In this document: one piece after another, positions 45,936-59,915 of the stretch | How the letters are laid out: each line of letters begins with the position of its first letter | How positions within the stretch are numbered: the first letter of the stretch is position 1 | Source of the DNA: Octopus vulgaris | Taxonomy: Eukaryota | DNA length: 64,000 nucleotides | Assembly: GCA_951406725.2 (NCBI GenBank) | Contig: OX597838.1 | Span: 39,122,001-39,186,000, forward strand | Direction: 5' to 3' | The notes under the pieces: model-generated | Told to the model about the DNA's origin: nothing | Database searches by the model: none | What the model saw: the letters and a program-made list of their open reading frames with translations, nothing else | Translations under genes and position numbers: made by a program

Positions 45936-46135
45936 CTAGCAGTAATGCCCGGCTTTGCTCGGGTTTCTAAGGGAAATAACTATATAAGCATTTTTAGAGA
46001 GCCAAAAAATAGCAAAAAAATGCATTAAAAATGGAAAAGTAAATTTTTTTTTTTTTTAATCGTTGACTCATCCTAGACATTTTTAGAGAGTTACTTCCCT
46101 TATATAATAGCGAAAAAATGCATTAAAATGGACGG
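45936..46135 (-). mobile_element. Non-autonomous Helitron 3' fragment
   Basis: Minus strand ends CCCGAGCAAAGCCGGG...CTGCTAG-T; inverted homologue of 46520-46730. Confidence 0.7.
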
Positions 46136-46329
46136 GGATGGTGTTTTGCTCGTTATTATATATTTATAAAGTACATGCGTCTTTCTGCTTCCCGTTTTCC
46201 TTTTTCTCCTTCTCTATACCCTTTGATATTATATTAATCTGTTCTTTTCTTTCTTTAAGACATATAATATTTACTACCTTCTCCCCCTTCGTTAGATTGA
46301 GGCCTTCTACGACCGGCTCTTTTTGTATA

Positions 46330-46730
46330 TCTTTATATATAAAAGTGAGGTTGTGTGCTGTCTGTCTCCTACGATTTAGATTCCTAACTACACCCACATT
46401 TTGCGGTGCAGTTTAATCAAAACCGGGTATCTTATAGTCGGGATTCATATCGAGCCCTTCTGGGTATTAGCGTGCGTCTACGATGAGTCTACGATTTTAA
46501 AAAAAATTTACCATCAATTTTTTCCATTTTAATGCATTTTTTCGCTATTATATAAGGGAAGTAACTCTCTAAAAATGTCTAGGATGAGTCAACGATTTTT
46601 TTAAAAAATTACCATCATTTTTTTTTCCATTTTTAATGCATTTTTTGCTATTTTTTGGCTATAACTCTCTAAAAATGCTTATATAGTTATTTCCCTTAGA
46701 AATCCGAGCAACGCCGGGCGATACTGCTAG
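46330..46730 (+). mobile_element. Non-autonomous Helitron
   Basis: A|TC start (TCTTTATATATAAAAG), subterminal hairpin CCGAGCAACGCCGG, CTAG|T end, no TSD. Confidence 0.78.
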
Positions 46731-46797
46731 TATGCTATAATTTAACGGTTTTATAGCCGTTATCCCAACATGTAATTCTAATCGGCATATCTTTACT

Positions 46798-46882
46798 ACT
46801 TCTGAAGAGATTCATCTTATAATGATTTTGATTTTATAAATTAATTATCTAAAGATTTCTGAATCGAAACAGCTGTCAGAGA
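46798..46882 (+). ncRNA. Type I hammerhead ribozyme motif
   Basis: CTGAAGA GATTCA...TGAATC GAAA CAGCTG TC AGAG: 6-bp stem II, palindromic stem III, GUC triplet; stem I is weak. Confidence 0.7.
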
Positions 46883-46945
46883 TGTTGTCATTTTTTATAA
46901 TTAATAAATAATTTTATTAATTACCTCTCCATTTTCTCCTTATTC

Positions 46946-46981
<36 letters not shown>

Positions 46982-47029
46982 AGTGTGTGTATGTGCGAGT
47001 GTGTGTGAAGGCGTATGGCTCAGTGATTA

Positions 47030-47687
47030 GTGTGTATGTTTGTGTGTCTGTGTTTGTCCCTCCAACATCGGTTGACAACCGATGCTGGTGTGCTTACGTC
47101 CCTGTAACTTAGCGGTTTGGCAAAAGAGACCGATAGAATAAGTACTATGCTTACAAAGAATAAGTCCTGGGGTCGATTTGCTCGATCGACTAAAGGCGGT
47201 GCTCCAGCATGGCCACAGTCAAATGACTGAAACAATCAAAAGAGTAAAGAGTGTAAAGAGTATATCTCCAGCTGCTTGAAATGCCAAAAAATATCAAACA
47301 AATTGTCAAAGTGTAGTACAACGGTTTTGCTATGGAATGGTGAAACTACTTTCTCGTTTTCGGAAAAGGCAAGGTTTTGGACTTGCATAAGAGCTGGCAG
47401 AAACGTTAGCACGCCGGGCGAAATGCTTAGCGGTATTTTGTCTGCCGCTACGTTCTGAGTTCAAATTCCGCCGAGGTCGACTTTGCCTTTCATCCTTTCG
47501 GGGTCGATTAAATAAGTACCAGTTTCTCACTGGGGTCGATATAATCGACTTAATCCGTGTGTCTGTCCTTGTTTGTCCTGTCTGTGTTTAGCCCCTTGTG
47601 GGTAGTAAATAAATATATATATATACACACACACACATACATACATAAATATATATCTATATTATATATGTACATATACATATATAT

Positions 47688-47728
<41 letters not shown>

Positions 47729-48065
47729 TATATATATATGTATATATACATATCACCGTGACTTTCCGTGACCGTCTAGGCTATCAGGTGTTGCTACACA
47801 TCGCTGGTCACAATGCGCTTCGCATTGTTTTAGCCTTCAAATGACCCCACCCCGCTGCCTAAGCGAGCAGGACAACAGAAGAAAGAGTGAGAGAAAGTTG
47901 TGGTGAAAGAGTACAGCAGGGCTCGCCACCACCCCACGCCGGAGATTCGTGGAGCTTTAGGTGTTTTCGCTCAATAAACACTCACAACGCCCGGTCTGGG
48001 AATCGGAACCGCGATCCTACGACCGTGAGTCCGCTCCCCTAACCACTGGGCCATTGCGCCTCCAC
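47030..48065. mobile_element. Cluster of SINE A 3' half (+), SINE B (+) and SINE C variant (-)
   Basis: A at 47030-47262, B at 47390-47610, C at 47755-48065. Confidence 0.78.
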
Positions 48066-48085
48066 ACACACACACACACACACAT

Positions 48086-48134
<49 letters not shown>

Positions 48135-48180
48135 TACCTATATATATATGTAACTGTGTATTATATATTTATATATATGC

Positions 48181-48227
<47 letters not shown>

Positions 48228-48257
48228 TATATATATGTGTGTGTGTCTGTCTTTCTG

Positions 48258-48310
<53 letters not shown>

Positions 48311-48771
48311 GTATAAGTGTTGCTTGTGTACATTATAGATGTGTGATTGAGAAAGAGTATATAAGCCATTCAGTGTGTGAATGCGTGGAAAGATCTGCCA
48401 ATATGTGAGTATGTGTGTGAGTGTACCTCAAGTAATACATACGTATGTATATACGTATTTCCACGAGTGTGTCTGTCTGTGTGTACGTGTGTACGTGTGC
48501 CTGTGCGTGTGATCTTAAATTAAAAGATACGTTCAGGTTAATTGAACATTTTTATATATTTTTTCGTATATTTTTTTTAGATGTTTTTTTAACGTTTTTC
48601 TTTTTTTCTTATATATTTTAACTAAGAAAACACAACTCGTTTATTTACACTTATAAACTCTTCAAAGCATCCGAAATTTTTGGATGTCTCAAACATCCGA
48701 ATACACACACGCATACACACACATACATACATACATACATACATACATACATACATACATACATACATACA

Positions 48772-48805
<34 letters not shown>

Positions 48806-48899
48806 CATACACACATATATACATACATATATATATATATATACGCAAACAAACAAACAAACAAGCTAAAACACTCATAAACTCATACACAAATGTTTA

Positions 48900-48948
<49 letters not shown>

Positions 48949-48973
48949 TCACACACATGTATATATATATGTG

Positions 48974-49044
<71 letters not shown>

Positions 49045-49048
<4 letters not shown>

Positions 49049-49345
49049 AGCACATGACTTAGTGCTTAGAGCAGCGAACTCGCGGTCGAGGGATCGCGGG
49101 TTCGAATCTCAGACCGGGCGATATGTGTGTTTATGAGCGAAAACAGCTAAGCTCCACACGGCTCTGGCAGAAGGTAAAGGCGAACATCTGCTGACTCTTT
49201 CGCCACAACTTTCTCTCACTCTATCCTCCTGCATCTTGCAGTTCCCCTGCGACGGACAGTCGTCCCCTCCAGGTGGGGAAGCTATTCGCCAAGGAAACCG
49301 GAAAACCGGCCCTTATGAGCCAGGCATGGCTCGAGAAGGAACAAA
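49045..49345 (+). mobile_element. SINE family C, short-tail subfamily
   Basis: Inverted homologue of 12400-12680. Confidence 0.8.
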
Positions 49346-49346
49346 C

Positions 49347-49877
<531 letters not shown>

Positions 49878-49944
49878 GTATATATGTTTGTTCCTTATAT
49901 ATATATACATACATACATACATACATACATACATACATACATAC

Positions 49945-50735
49945 AGACGTGGTAAGGAATTTGCCTCCAACCACGTGGTTCGGGGCTCAGTCTCACCACG
50001 TCAAATCTTGGGCAACTGTCTACTACTATAACCTAGAGCCCACGAAGGCTTTGTGAGTGGATTTGATAGAAGAAAACTGGAAAGGTCCCGTCGTATGTGT
50101 GTGTGTGTGTGTGTGAGGAGTGTTAGTCTCCAACGCCGCTTTGCCACCGGTGCTGGTGTGTTTATGTCCCCATATCTTAGCGGTTCGGAAAAGAAACTGA
50201 TAGAAGAAGTATGAGGCTTTAAAAAAAAAAACTAATTTCTGAGGTCGACTTATTCGACTAAAAATTCTTCGAGAAGGTGCCCCAACTTGGCCGCAGTCTA
50301 ACGACCGAAACAAGTAGAAGATAAAAGACACGCGTGTGTTCTTTCTTTTTATTCTTTTATTCTTTTATTTGTTTCAGCCATTTGACTGCGGCCATGCTGG
50401 AGCACCGCCTTTAATCGGGCAAATTAACCCCGGGACTTATTCTTTGTAAGCCTAGTACTTATTCTATCGGTCTCTCTTGCCGAACCGCTAAGTGACGGAG
50501 ACGTAAACACACAAGCATCGGTTGTCAAGCGATGTTGGGGAGTCAAACACAGACACACAAACATATACATACTCATACACATATATACGACGGGCTTCTT
50601 TCAGTTTCCATCTACCAAATCCACTCACAAGGCTTTGGTCGGCCCGAGTCTATAATAGAAGACATTTGCCCAACGTGCCACGCAGTTGGACTGAACTCGG
50701 AACCATGTGGTTCGTACGCAAGCTACTTACCACAC
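49945..50735. mobile_element. Two tail-to-tail SINE A copies (diverged +, younger -)
   Basis: 49945-50330 (+) and 50345-50735 (-). Confidence 0.75.
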
Positions 50736-52112
50736 ATCTTATCCCGAACCATCAGCCTAGTACTATTTGGCACACATCAAACATATTAACAAAAATCACT
50801 CTTCTATTTTATCTTAGACTATTGACCTGGTAGCATTATGCAAATGAGTGGTGTTTAATACGATTTTCCTCACGTGATAATAAAATGTAAATCCTTTCGC
50901 TATTTCATCCCCTTTTGTCTTGGAAAGGGGAAATGAGCGAGACACGATAAGCTGGATGTAAAAACAATAAAATCGTCAGTCTCACCTTAAGAGGTTGAAA
51001 AACTGACGTCGTGGGGCCTCATCACATTGTATGTTGTTTTTTGGCGCTATTTTGTAGCTGATCTGACGTATCATAAACGTAGAGAGAGCAAACGGCTACA
51101 ATCTCATCCCACGCTGCTGAAAAATCCATTTACGTAAAAAATGATTTTCGAGTGGTGTTACATTACATATGGATATGATTTCGTTTATATTTATGAATTC
51201 GAAAACCATGAGGTACAGAGTAACAGCTCTGGTAACAGTATATGCAATAAATAAGTTGGTGTTAATACATTTCATGAAAAAAGCAATAAGTGATAATGAT
51301 ACGGAGAAATGGAAAAATAACAGTATTTGTCAATGACGAATATCACTTTAAATATCTTGGAAAATAGGGGAGACAACTTCGGGCATATTACTCTTTATTC
51401 TGACTTCATCAGCGAAATATAAAAGTTTTTGTACATTACAAAGTAATGATGTTGGAATTGCCAAGACTGTATATTATAGGCAACCATATGGTAAATTCTA
51501 TCAAATAGTACGGTACTGAATTTGGATGTGTGTAGTAGTTTTTAGATTCGTCTCTTTTTTCTCAATTTCAAGTTACGATCTCCCTCTGTGTGTGTGAGAG
51601 AGAGCGTGTGTGTGAGTGTGTATGAATGTGTACGCACGCGCGTGTGCGTGTGTTGTAGAAAAACACAAAAGAATGGAGAATTATATATTCTTTGATTAGG
51701 TTACGCGCGTTTCGGATAGACTGACATTCCAACATTTTCAATGTAGTGGTCATGCTTATTAATTGATCCCATATTTGATCGACTGAGATTCCACAGCGCC
51801 ACAGAAATTTAACACCATCCAATCCTTATCAAAACTACACCACCCTCATGTGATATAGTTGTGTGGCATACATTTGATAGGGTTAAAAAAGAGTTAAATT
51901 TCTCTACCTTTGTAGAATCTTAGTCGATCAAATACGGCATCGATTAATATGCATCGATTAATATTGCATGGCAGAATTTTGGAATGGCAATCAATCCGAA
52001 ACGTGCGTAAGCTGATTAAAGAATGTATCATTCTTTTGTGTTTTTCTTCCATACACCGTGACCTTATTCTAAATGTACTCGATCTTTGAGCTTCGGATTT
52101 ACAAGTTGTACA

Positions 52113-52500
52113 TGGTGGAAGCACTCCGTCGGTTACGACGACGAGGGTTCCGGTTGATCCGAATCAACAGAACAGCCTGCTCGTGAAATTAACGTGTAAG
52201 TGGCTGAGCACTCCACAGACACGTGCACCCTTAACGTAGTTCTCGGGGATATTCAGCGTGACACAGAGAGTGACAAGGCCGGCCCTTTGAAATACAGGTA
52301 CAACAGAAACAGGAACTAAGAGTGAGAGAAAGTTGTGGTGAAAGAGTACAGCAGGGATCACCATCATCCCCTGCCGGAGCCTCGTGGAGTTTTAGGTGTT
52401 TTCGCTCAATAAACACTCACATCGCCCGGTCTGGGAATCGAAACCGCGATCCTATGACCGCGAGTCCGCTGCCCTAACCACTGGGCCATTGCGCCTCCAC
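52113..52500 (-). mobile_element. SINE family C, full length
   Basis: Near-identical to 30545-30933. Confidence 0.88.
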
Positions 52501-52714
52501 AAGTACATACAACAGAGAATAAAAGAAAGAATATCATGGATTAACTAGACCTTCACTGAACAATTTAGCCAACCAAGTTTAATTCCTACAGAGCACTTAT
52601 ACAATTTTCAACTGGATTTTTAATCCCTTTTTACCGCTGGTATATACTTACGTATACACAGACGCGCACACACACACACACACACACTCCCTCTCTCTCT
52701 CCCTCACACAGACA

Positions 52715-53145
52715 AACATACATACATACATACATACATACATGCATACATGCATACACATACATACATGCATGCATGTATGCATACATACATACATGCA
52801 TGCATACATACATACATTTACATACATAGATGCATACATGCATACATACATACATATGCATACATGCATATATGCGTACATGCATACATATATACATGCA
52901 CATACATACATAGATGCATACATACATACATGCATACATGCATGCATACATACATACATGCATACATGCATACATATCATGCATACATGCATACATATAT
53001 ATGCATGCATACATACATACATACATACATATGCATATGCGTGCATGCATACATATGCATACATGCGTGCGTGCGATACGTGCGTGCGTGCGTGCGTGCG
53101 TGCATCGATGCGTGCGTGCGTGCGTGTGTGCGTGCGTGCGTGTCG

Positions 53146-53185
<40 letters not shown>

Positions 53186-53189
53186 TGTG

Positions 53190-53237
<48 letters not shown>

Positions 53238-53307
53238 TGTGTGCGTACGTACGTGCGTGCGTGCGTGCGTGCGTACGTGCGTGCGCGTGCGTGCATGCAT
53301 GCATGCA

Positions 53308-53338
<31 letters not shown>

Positions 53339-53697
53339 ATGCATGCATGCATGCATGCATGCATGCGTGCATGCATGCGTGCGTGGGTGCGTTGGCGTGC
53401 GTGCGTGCGTGCGTGCGTGCGTACACGTGCGTGCGTGCGTGCATGCGTACGTACGTGGTGCGTGCGTGCGTACACGTGCGTGCGTGTATACGTACACATG
53501 CGTGCGTGCGTGCGTGCGTGCGTGCATGCAGCCGTGACGTGCGTATGTGCGTGCGTGTGTGCGTGCGTGCAAGTTGTGCGTGCGTGCGTGCGTGCGTGCG
53601 TACGTACGTGCGTGCGTGCGTGCGTGCGTGCGTGCGTGTAACGTGTACGTGCGTGCGTGTACGTGCGTGCGTACGTGCACATGCGTACGTACGTACG

Positions 53698-53733
<36 letters not shown>

Positions 53734-53784
53734 TACGTACTGCGTGCGTGCGTGCGTGCGCGTGCGTGCGTGCGTGCGATGCTG

Positions 53785-53837
<53 letters not shown>

Positions 53838-53841
53838 GCGC

Positions 53842-53883
<42 letters not shown>

Positions 53884-53885
53884 AG

Positions 53886-53941
<56 letters not shown>

Positions 53942-54014
53942 TCTGCGTGCGTGCGTGCGTGCGTGTGTGCGTGCGTGCATTGCGTGCGTGCGTGCGTGCG
54001 TGCCGTGCGTGCGA

Positions 54015-54050
<36 letters not shown>

Positions 54051-54595
54051 TACGTACGTACATTACACGTACGTACGTACGTGCGTGCGTGCGTACGTAC
54101 GTACGTACATACATACATACATACATACATGCATACATGCATACATGCATACATACATACATGCATGCATGTATGCATACATACATACATACATACATAC
54201 ATGCATACATACATACATACATACATACATACATACATACATACATACATACATACATACATACATACATACATACATACATGCATACATGCATGCATAC
54301 ATACATACATACATACATACATGCATGCATACATACATACATACATACATACATACATACATACATACATACATAGATGCATACATACATACATGCATAC
54401 ATGCATACATACATACATACATACATGCATGCATGCATACATACATACATACATACATACATACATGCATGCATACATACATACATATACATACATACAT
54501 ACATACATACATACATGCATGCATACATACATACATACATACATACATACATACATACATACATACATGCATGCATGCATGCATGCATACATACA

Positions 54596-54629
<34 letters not shown>

Positions 54630-54795
54630 CATACATACATGCACACATACATACATACATACATACATATATACATACATACATACATACATACATACAT
54701 ACATACATACATACATACATACATACATACATACATACATACATACATACATACATACATACATAAATACATACATACATGCATATATGCATACG
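52715..54795. repeat. ~2-kb CRTR tetranucleotide array: (CATA)n-(CGTG)n-(CATA)n
   Basis: Direct reading; produces the 500-744 aa pseudo-ORFs. Confidence 0.95.
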
Positions 54796-54946
54796 TACAA
54801 ACAGATATGACACTACAGGAATGTCTAATGACCGCTGATCTCTTCCCGAAGCACTTATTTGCCAAGCTTCCAGATACAATATACTCTAAGCCCTTAAGTT
54901 ATTCATGTCGTAATCTTATCTATATAAAGGATTATACATACTCCGC

Positions 54947-54998
<52 letters not shown>

Positions 54999-54999
<1 letters not shown>

Positions 55000-55244
55000 T
55001 TTATTTAAAGCAGCAGAAAATTCAACAAATGCCGTTCATCAGACAGTTTTTGTTAGAATGGAACCGATATATCTATTGATATATCGGTTCCATTCTAACA
55101 AAAACTGTCTGATGAACTGCAACGAGAAACTCAGAGTAACAGATTTTGTTTAATTTTCTGCTGCTTTAAATAAAGCATATTACTCTACCACTGGTATTTG
55201 AGTACTCTTTTTTTCACCTTGTTTCACATTTATGTGTTTACTCC

Positions 55245-55247
<3 letters not shown>
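54999..55247 (+). mobile_element. Palindromic PLE-like insert in (TA)n with hammerhead
   Basis: Palindrome 54999-55175 centred near 55076, followed by a unique T-rich tail to 55247. Confidence 0.7.
55105..55142 (+). ncRNA. Type I hammerhead ribozyme motif
   Basis: CTGT CTGATGA ACTGCAACGA GAAA CTCAGAG TA ACAG: stem I CTGT/ACAG, stem III CTC/GAG, GUA triplet; stem II pairs poorly. Confidence 0.62.
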
Positions 55248-55313
<66 letters not shown>

Positions 55314-55401
55314 TTGGAAGAGGTTGTGTGGCATTCAATCATATAATAATATAAATAATATATATGTATGCATATATACATACGTATATGTGCATACTTA
55401 C

Positions 55402-55477
<76 letters not shown>

Positions 55478-55483
<6 letters not shown>

Positions 55484-58270
55484 ATATTTCGGAATGGTCA
55501 TATTGCCAGTTTAGCCAATAAAAACACACGCACTATATATTTGGTGTTATTTTGCTTCAGTGATATTTATTTTTTACATTAATCTTAATCTTATTTCGGC
55601 CAAAGTTCTTTCGTCACACTCCTGTGACCGCATCAGTGGTCCTTTGTTTTCTTCTCACTTACTTGTGTCTCTCCTTACTAACCGTCAGCCATTTTGTATT
55701 TCTATTGTATGTCTTCATTTGCGCATGCTTATATCTCTATGTGCGTCTATGTTTATTTAGTGTGTGTGGGGGGATGCCTGTAATATTTGTATCTTCTGGT
55801 TATATACATTCTTGTAATTTGTATTTTGTTTTTGTTGTTATTGCTTTTGTTCTAATTTTGTTCATGTGTTTACATCCACCCATTATTATCATTACATATG
55901 CTTGTATGTATGTATAACAACAATATTAGTAATAATAATAATAAATCTAATCGAAAAAAAATAAATAAATAAAAAAAAAAAAATTAAAAAAAAAAAAAAA
56001 AAAAGAATATACATATACATATATATATATACATACATATACATATACATATACATATATATATATACATACATATACACATACATATACATATATATGC
56101 ACATATACACACATATATACACATATAGATATTCATTTCTATTTCTTTAATTACCTGTGTATTTATTATGTTTGCAGGATCCACTATTGTCATATGTTGT
56201 GGTGTGCGCTATTGCTCCATTCTAGTTTTCTATTCAGGCTAGGTTTATTTTCTATTATATGTGTAGCTTCTGTAATTTGTCTAATTGTTGCATCTGTTCT
56301 ATGTGTTGACAATATCTTAATCTCTATGTTATTGATTGATCCCCCGTGTTCTTGTTCGGCGTGTTGGTACAGAATCGATGAGCTTTTACCTTCCTTGAGT
56401 TGTCTCCAATGTTCATTCACCCGCTCACCAATGCTTCTTGCAGTTTCCCCTACGTATGTTACTGTCTTGTTACTGCATCGTCCCTCTATACATCTTATAC
56501 TATAGACCACATTTCTGGCTTTACAGTTCGTTTGTGGGCTAAATCTACATACAGTGCAATAGTTATCCGTACAGAGAGTTCTACTAAAAGGATAGGTTCT
56601 ACCAATTATAGATCTGATAGGGTTGCCTGGCTTTTCAACAACCTTAATTCTTAGTTTAAGTTTATCTAGGGTCCTTCTAAAGCGGTACGCTAGTTCACCT
56701 CCAGGGGTGGTGTCAACGAACATGACACTCTGGTATTTATGGCTATCATACCAAGAGTTGGCCTTCCCTATTTTCTTTTTTGTCCTTTCTATAGTGTTCC
56801 ATGACTTGTTCCTATAGAGTGGGCAAATCCCATTCCTATCATTACATAATATATTATCAAATTTCTTCATGGCTCCTTTGTATACTCTGATCCTTTCTTT
56901 ATGGCTGTAACCTGAGAACTGCATGCGGTGAATGAAATACTGTATGTGTCTCTTTAATTCTGTAGGCTCGCACATGCGTGACACATTTCTCATTATTCTG
57001 ACGAGGTCTGCCATCAAAATATTGAATTTGGCATTGCCCGCAATGGCTGAGTTCCGGTGGATCAGGTATTTTGAGGCCATAGGTTTTGCATAGTATGAAT
57101 GAAGGATTTGGGTTTATATTTTCACAATTTCTAGCCAGAGTTCAGTGTCTAGTACTGGTAGTCTATGGTTGGGGTGTTTAGTGGGGTAGTCTATTGTGAC
57201 CTTAATACTCTGGTGGATGGAGTTAGCTATTTGCTGGATGCTCTCCATAGTATTAGTTTCTATTACTATATCAACAGTACCCTCTTGTGGGGGTGCCTTT
57301 ACTACTATATTGATATCATCAACATAGCGAGAGTACATGTTTACGAGTATGGATTTCTGCAGTAGGCATTCTTTAAGCCTTCTGTCCCACCATACCATGA
57401 AGAGGTTGGCCACATCACCAGCGATACTAACACCGATGGCTGCCCCCACGTCCTGGGCATATATTTTATTATTAAATTTAAATGTGTGGCCTTTTAGGGT
57501 AACTCTTATACTAGCTCCTAGTGCATGTGCGATCATTTTCTTTACCTGATGGACATTAGCAGGGCTCCGTATGGCTCTGGTCCATCCACTGCCATCTTTC
57601 TATATGTGTCTTCCTAGCCATAGAAGTAATTGTAGGCGGTCTACCTCTTAAACATCTACTGGGGCAGAAACTACTAAGATTATGTTTATCTAAGTATTCA
57701 CTATTATATGTCAGTCTAAGTAGGAGGCCCAGTTCTTCTGTGTCGACATTACAGAACTCCACCTGGCTCTCGTTGATCATCTCCACGCACTTCTCCACTG
57801 CAAAATCTACGTCAATCGATGGGTATAGGGATACCACATCCATGCTACCTACTATACATCCTGTCAAGTCACAAGTTTTGTTACAGTCACTGATCCTGCT
57901 TTTTTTTCACATTTATTTATTATTTTTTTTCGATTAGATTTATTATTATTATTACTAATATTGTTGTTATACATACATACAAGCATATGTAATGATAATA
58001 ATGGGTGGATGTAAACACATGAACAAAATTAGAACAAAAGCAACAACAACAAAAACAAAATACAAATTACAAGAATGTATATAACCAGAAGATACAAATA
58101 TTACAGGCATCCCCCCCCCCCACACACTAAATAAACATAGACGCACATAGAGATATAAGCATGCGCAAATGAAGACATACAATAGAAATACAAAATGGCT
58201 GACGGTTAGTAAGGAGAGACACAAGTAAGTGAGAAGAAAACAAAGGACCACTGATACAGGAGTTACGTCT
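55478..58270 (-). mobile_element. Penelope-like element 1, 5'-truncated, with inverted pseudo-LTR
   Basis: RT + GIY-YIG at 56190-57895. The 3' UTR 55632-55970 recurs inverted at 57910-58255; both ends abut (TA)n. Confidence 0.9.
56190..57895 (-). pseudogene. PLE reverse transcriptase + C-terminal GIY-YIG endonuclease (frameshifted)
   Basis: 'SMDVVSLYPSI', 'YAQDVGAAIG', 'RYVDD', 'LPVLD', Cys-rich linker, 'NVVY...YVGETARSIGERVNEH', 'EA..I....PSLN'. Frameshifts near 57550 and 57110. Confidence 0.92.
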
Positions 58271-58274
58271 ATAC

Positions 58275-58319
<45 letters not shown>

Positions 58320-59316
58320 TATGGGAGCACAGGACGTCAAGAAATGTATACAACAAAAACGTACGAAGCACGAGTACATGGAACATGAACTATTCTTTCC
58401 AATAACGAAAGACAGAAATGGAAAACAAAACAAACAACATAAAGAACGACCCTTCATCAGTTGTTGGCTGTTTTTATAGTCTCGTATTTCGAGCATTTAA
58501 CAACAATATACGCTTTCGATAAAACAGTTGCTCCCGCGAAGCAAATTAGATAAAATTTGGAATTTTGTGAACAGTCAAAATTGGTAACACAAAAAGGATG
58601 ATGAAAACAAGCAGGAATGACTGCTAAGCCTAAGCGAGGTTGTGGTGGCGAACGCGTAAATCAAGCTAGGACAGGAGACAAACAAGAACACGTCTTCCTC
58701 GTTCCAGCTACAACGGAGTGAAAGAAAAAAAAGATGGCCGATGGTCACGTGGGAGCCACTTGAGCAAGGAAGGAGGAGTGACAGAGTATCAAAGTGTACA
58801 TGTATATATACATGCATATATAAATATATATACGTGTGTACAGGACACCACAAATAGACGTAGAACTCAACGAGAAACGAAAACGTAAAAACACCATGGA
58901 ATGGACCATTCCTTTAACAACGAAAAAACAGAGTACAAGACAACTACACAAGGAAAAATCCCCTTCATCAGCCGTCCCTAGTTCAACTCCAGCGTGTTTC
59001 GAAGGTGAGGACAGAACACGTCTCGTCGAACTAGTCCTTCCTGCGAAAGAATTAAATAAAATTCCTTTGCAGAGGGGTAAAAACAAGGGAAAAAATGTAA
59101 CAAAAACAGGACGTAAAAACAATACAATTAAAAACAAATACAAAATAAAAATACAATTACAAGAAATACAGTACAAGAAGGAATAGAAACAGGACAGGAT
59201 AACAAATAAAGAGGGCCTATAAGCCTAGACGAGGAAAATATATATATAAATAGGTGAATGAATTATCCTATGTTTATCGTCAGCATGGAAAATTCGTTTA
59301 ACCGAAACCTGGGTAG

Positions 59317-59416
59317 NNNNNNNNNNNNNNNNNNNNNNNNNNNNNNNNNNNNNNNNNNNNNNNNNNNNNNNNNNNNNNNNNNNNNNNNNNNNNNNNNNNN
59401 NNNNNNNNNNNNNNNN
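59317..59416. other. Assembly gap (100 N)
   Basis: Run of N. Confidence 1.
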
Positions 59417-59794
59417 TGAGGAATTAATGAGAACAAGGAGTGTGGAGATGTTCTGTGTGACCAAAACTAATGTTCTGAATATTTTAAGAATACAGGGTGT
59501 ATTTATTAGGGGCGAGACAAAACCTACCTAAATGCATGTATGTGTATACTGGCCTATGTGTGCGCGGCCGTATGTTGGCGAGGGGCGCTAGATAATGAGC
59601 TCTGCTGAAAAAAGCCTGTCAGGCGGCTGAAAAAATTTCTGTGTTCGTGTGTTCGTCTGTGGCCTGCTTGTCTAAAAATTAACATCGTCAAAGAATCATA
59701 AGGGTATATATAATTCCAGCGTTTGCTTCCAAAAAAAACCGACCAATCGCCTAATGGGAGTAATTTCCCCTTGCAAGAGTTATTCAGAGATTTT

Positions 59795-59915
59795 TTAAAA
59801 AGCGAAATGGTTCGATATTCTCAAGGCCAATTTTGACGATGAGGCCCCGACATACGAGTAGACATCTGAATCCGTGTAAACATTGCATTGGTAAATGGCA
59901 TTTCTGATCTTGGAG
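59795..59915 (-). pseudogene. GIY-YIG N-terminal motif of PLE 2 main copy (3' part deleted)
   Basis: Minus translation 'IRNAIYQCNVYTDSDVYSYVGASSSKLALRISNHFA', then a jump into the 3' UTR. Confidence 0.8.

Larger units (their letters stand above)
44738..46945. mobile_element. PLE-like element with inverted ends and nested Helitrons
   Basis: 44738-44837 is the reverse complement of about 46846-46945; the right arm carries a hammerhead. Confidence 0.6.

Noticed and set aside
50860-51300. Promoter suggested by CACGTG and TGACGTC
   Set aside because: Short motifs are expected by chance and there is no linked gene evidence.
52631-55079. ORFs of 500-744 aa
   Set aside because: Translations of stop-free tetranucleotide repeats (MYVC/HART/RACV).
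59260-59316. Hammerhead halves (CTGACGA on minus, GAAACCTGGGTA on plus)
   Set aside because: The halves are on opposite strands and cut by the assembly gap; a full motif cannot be built.
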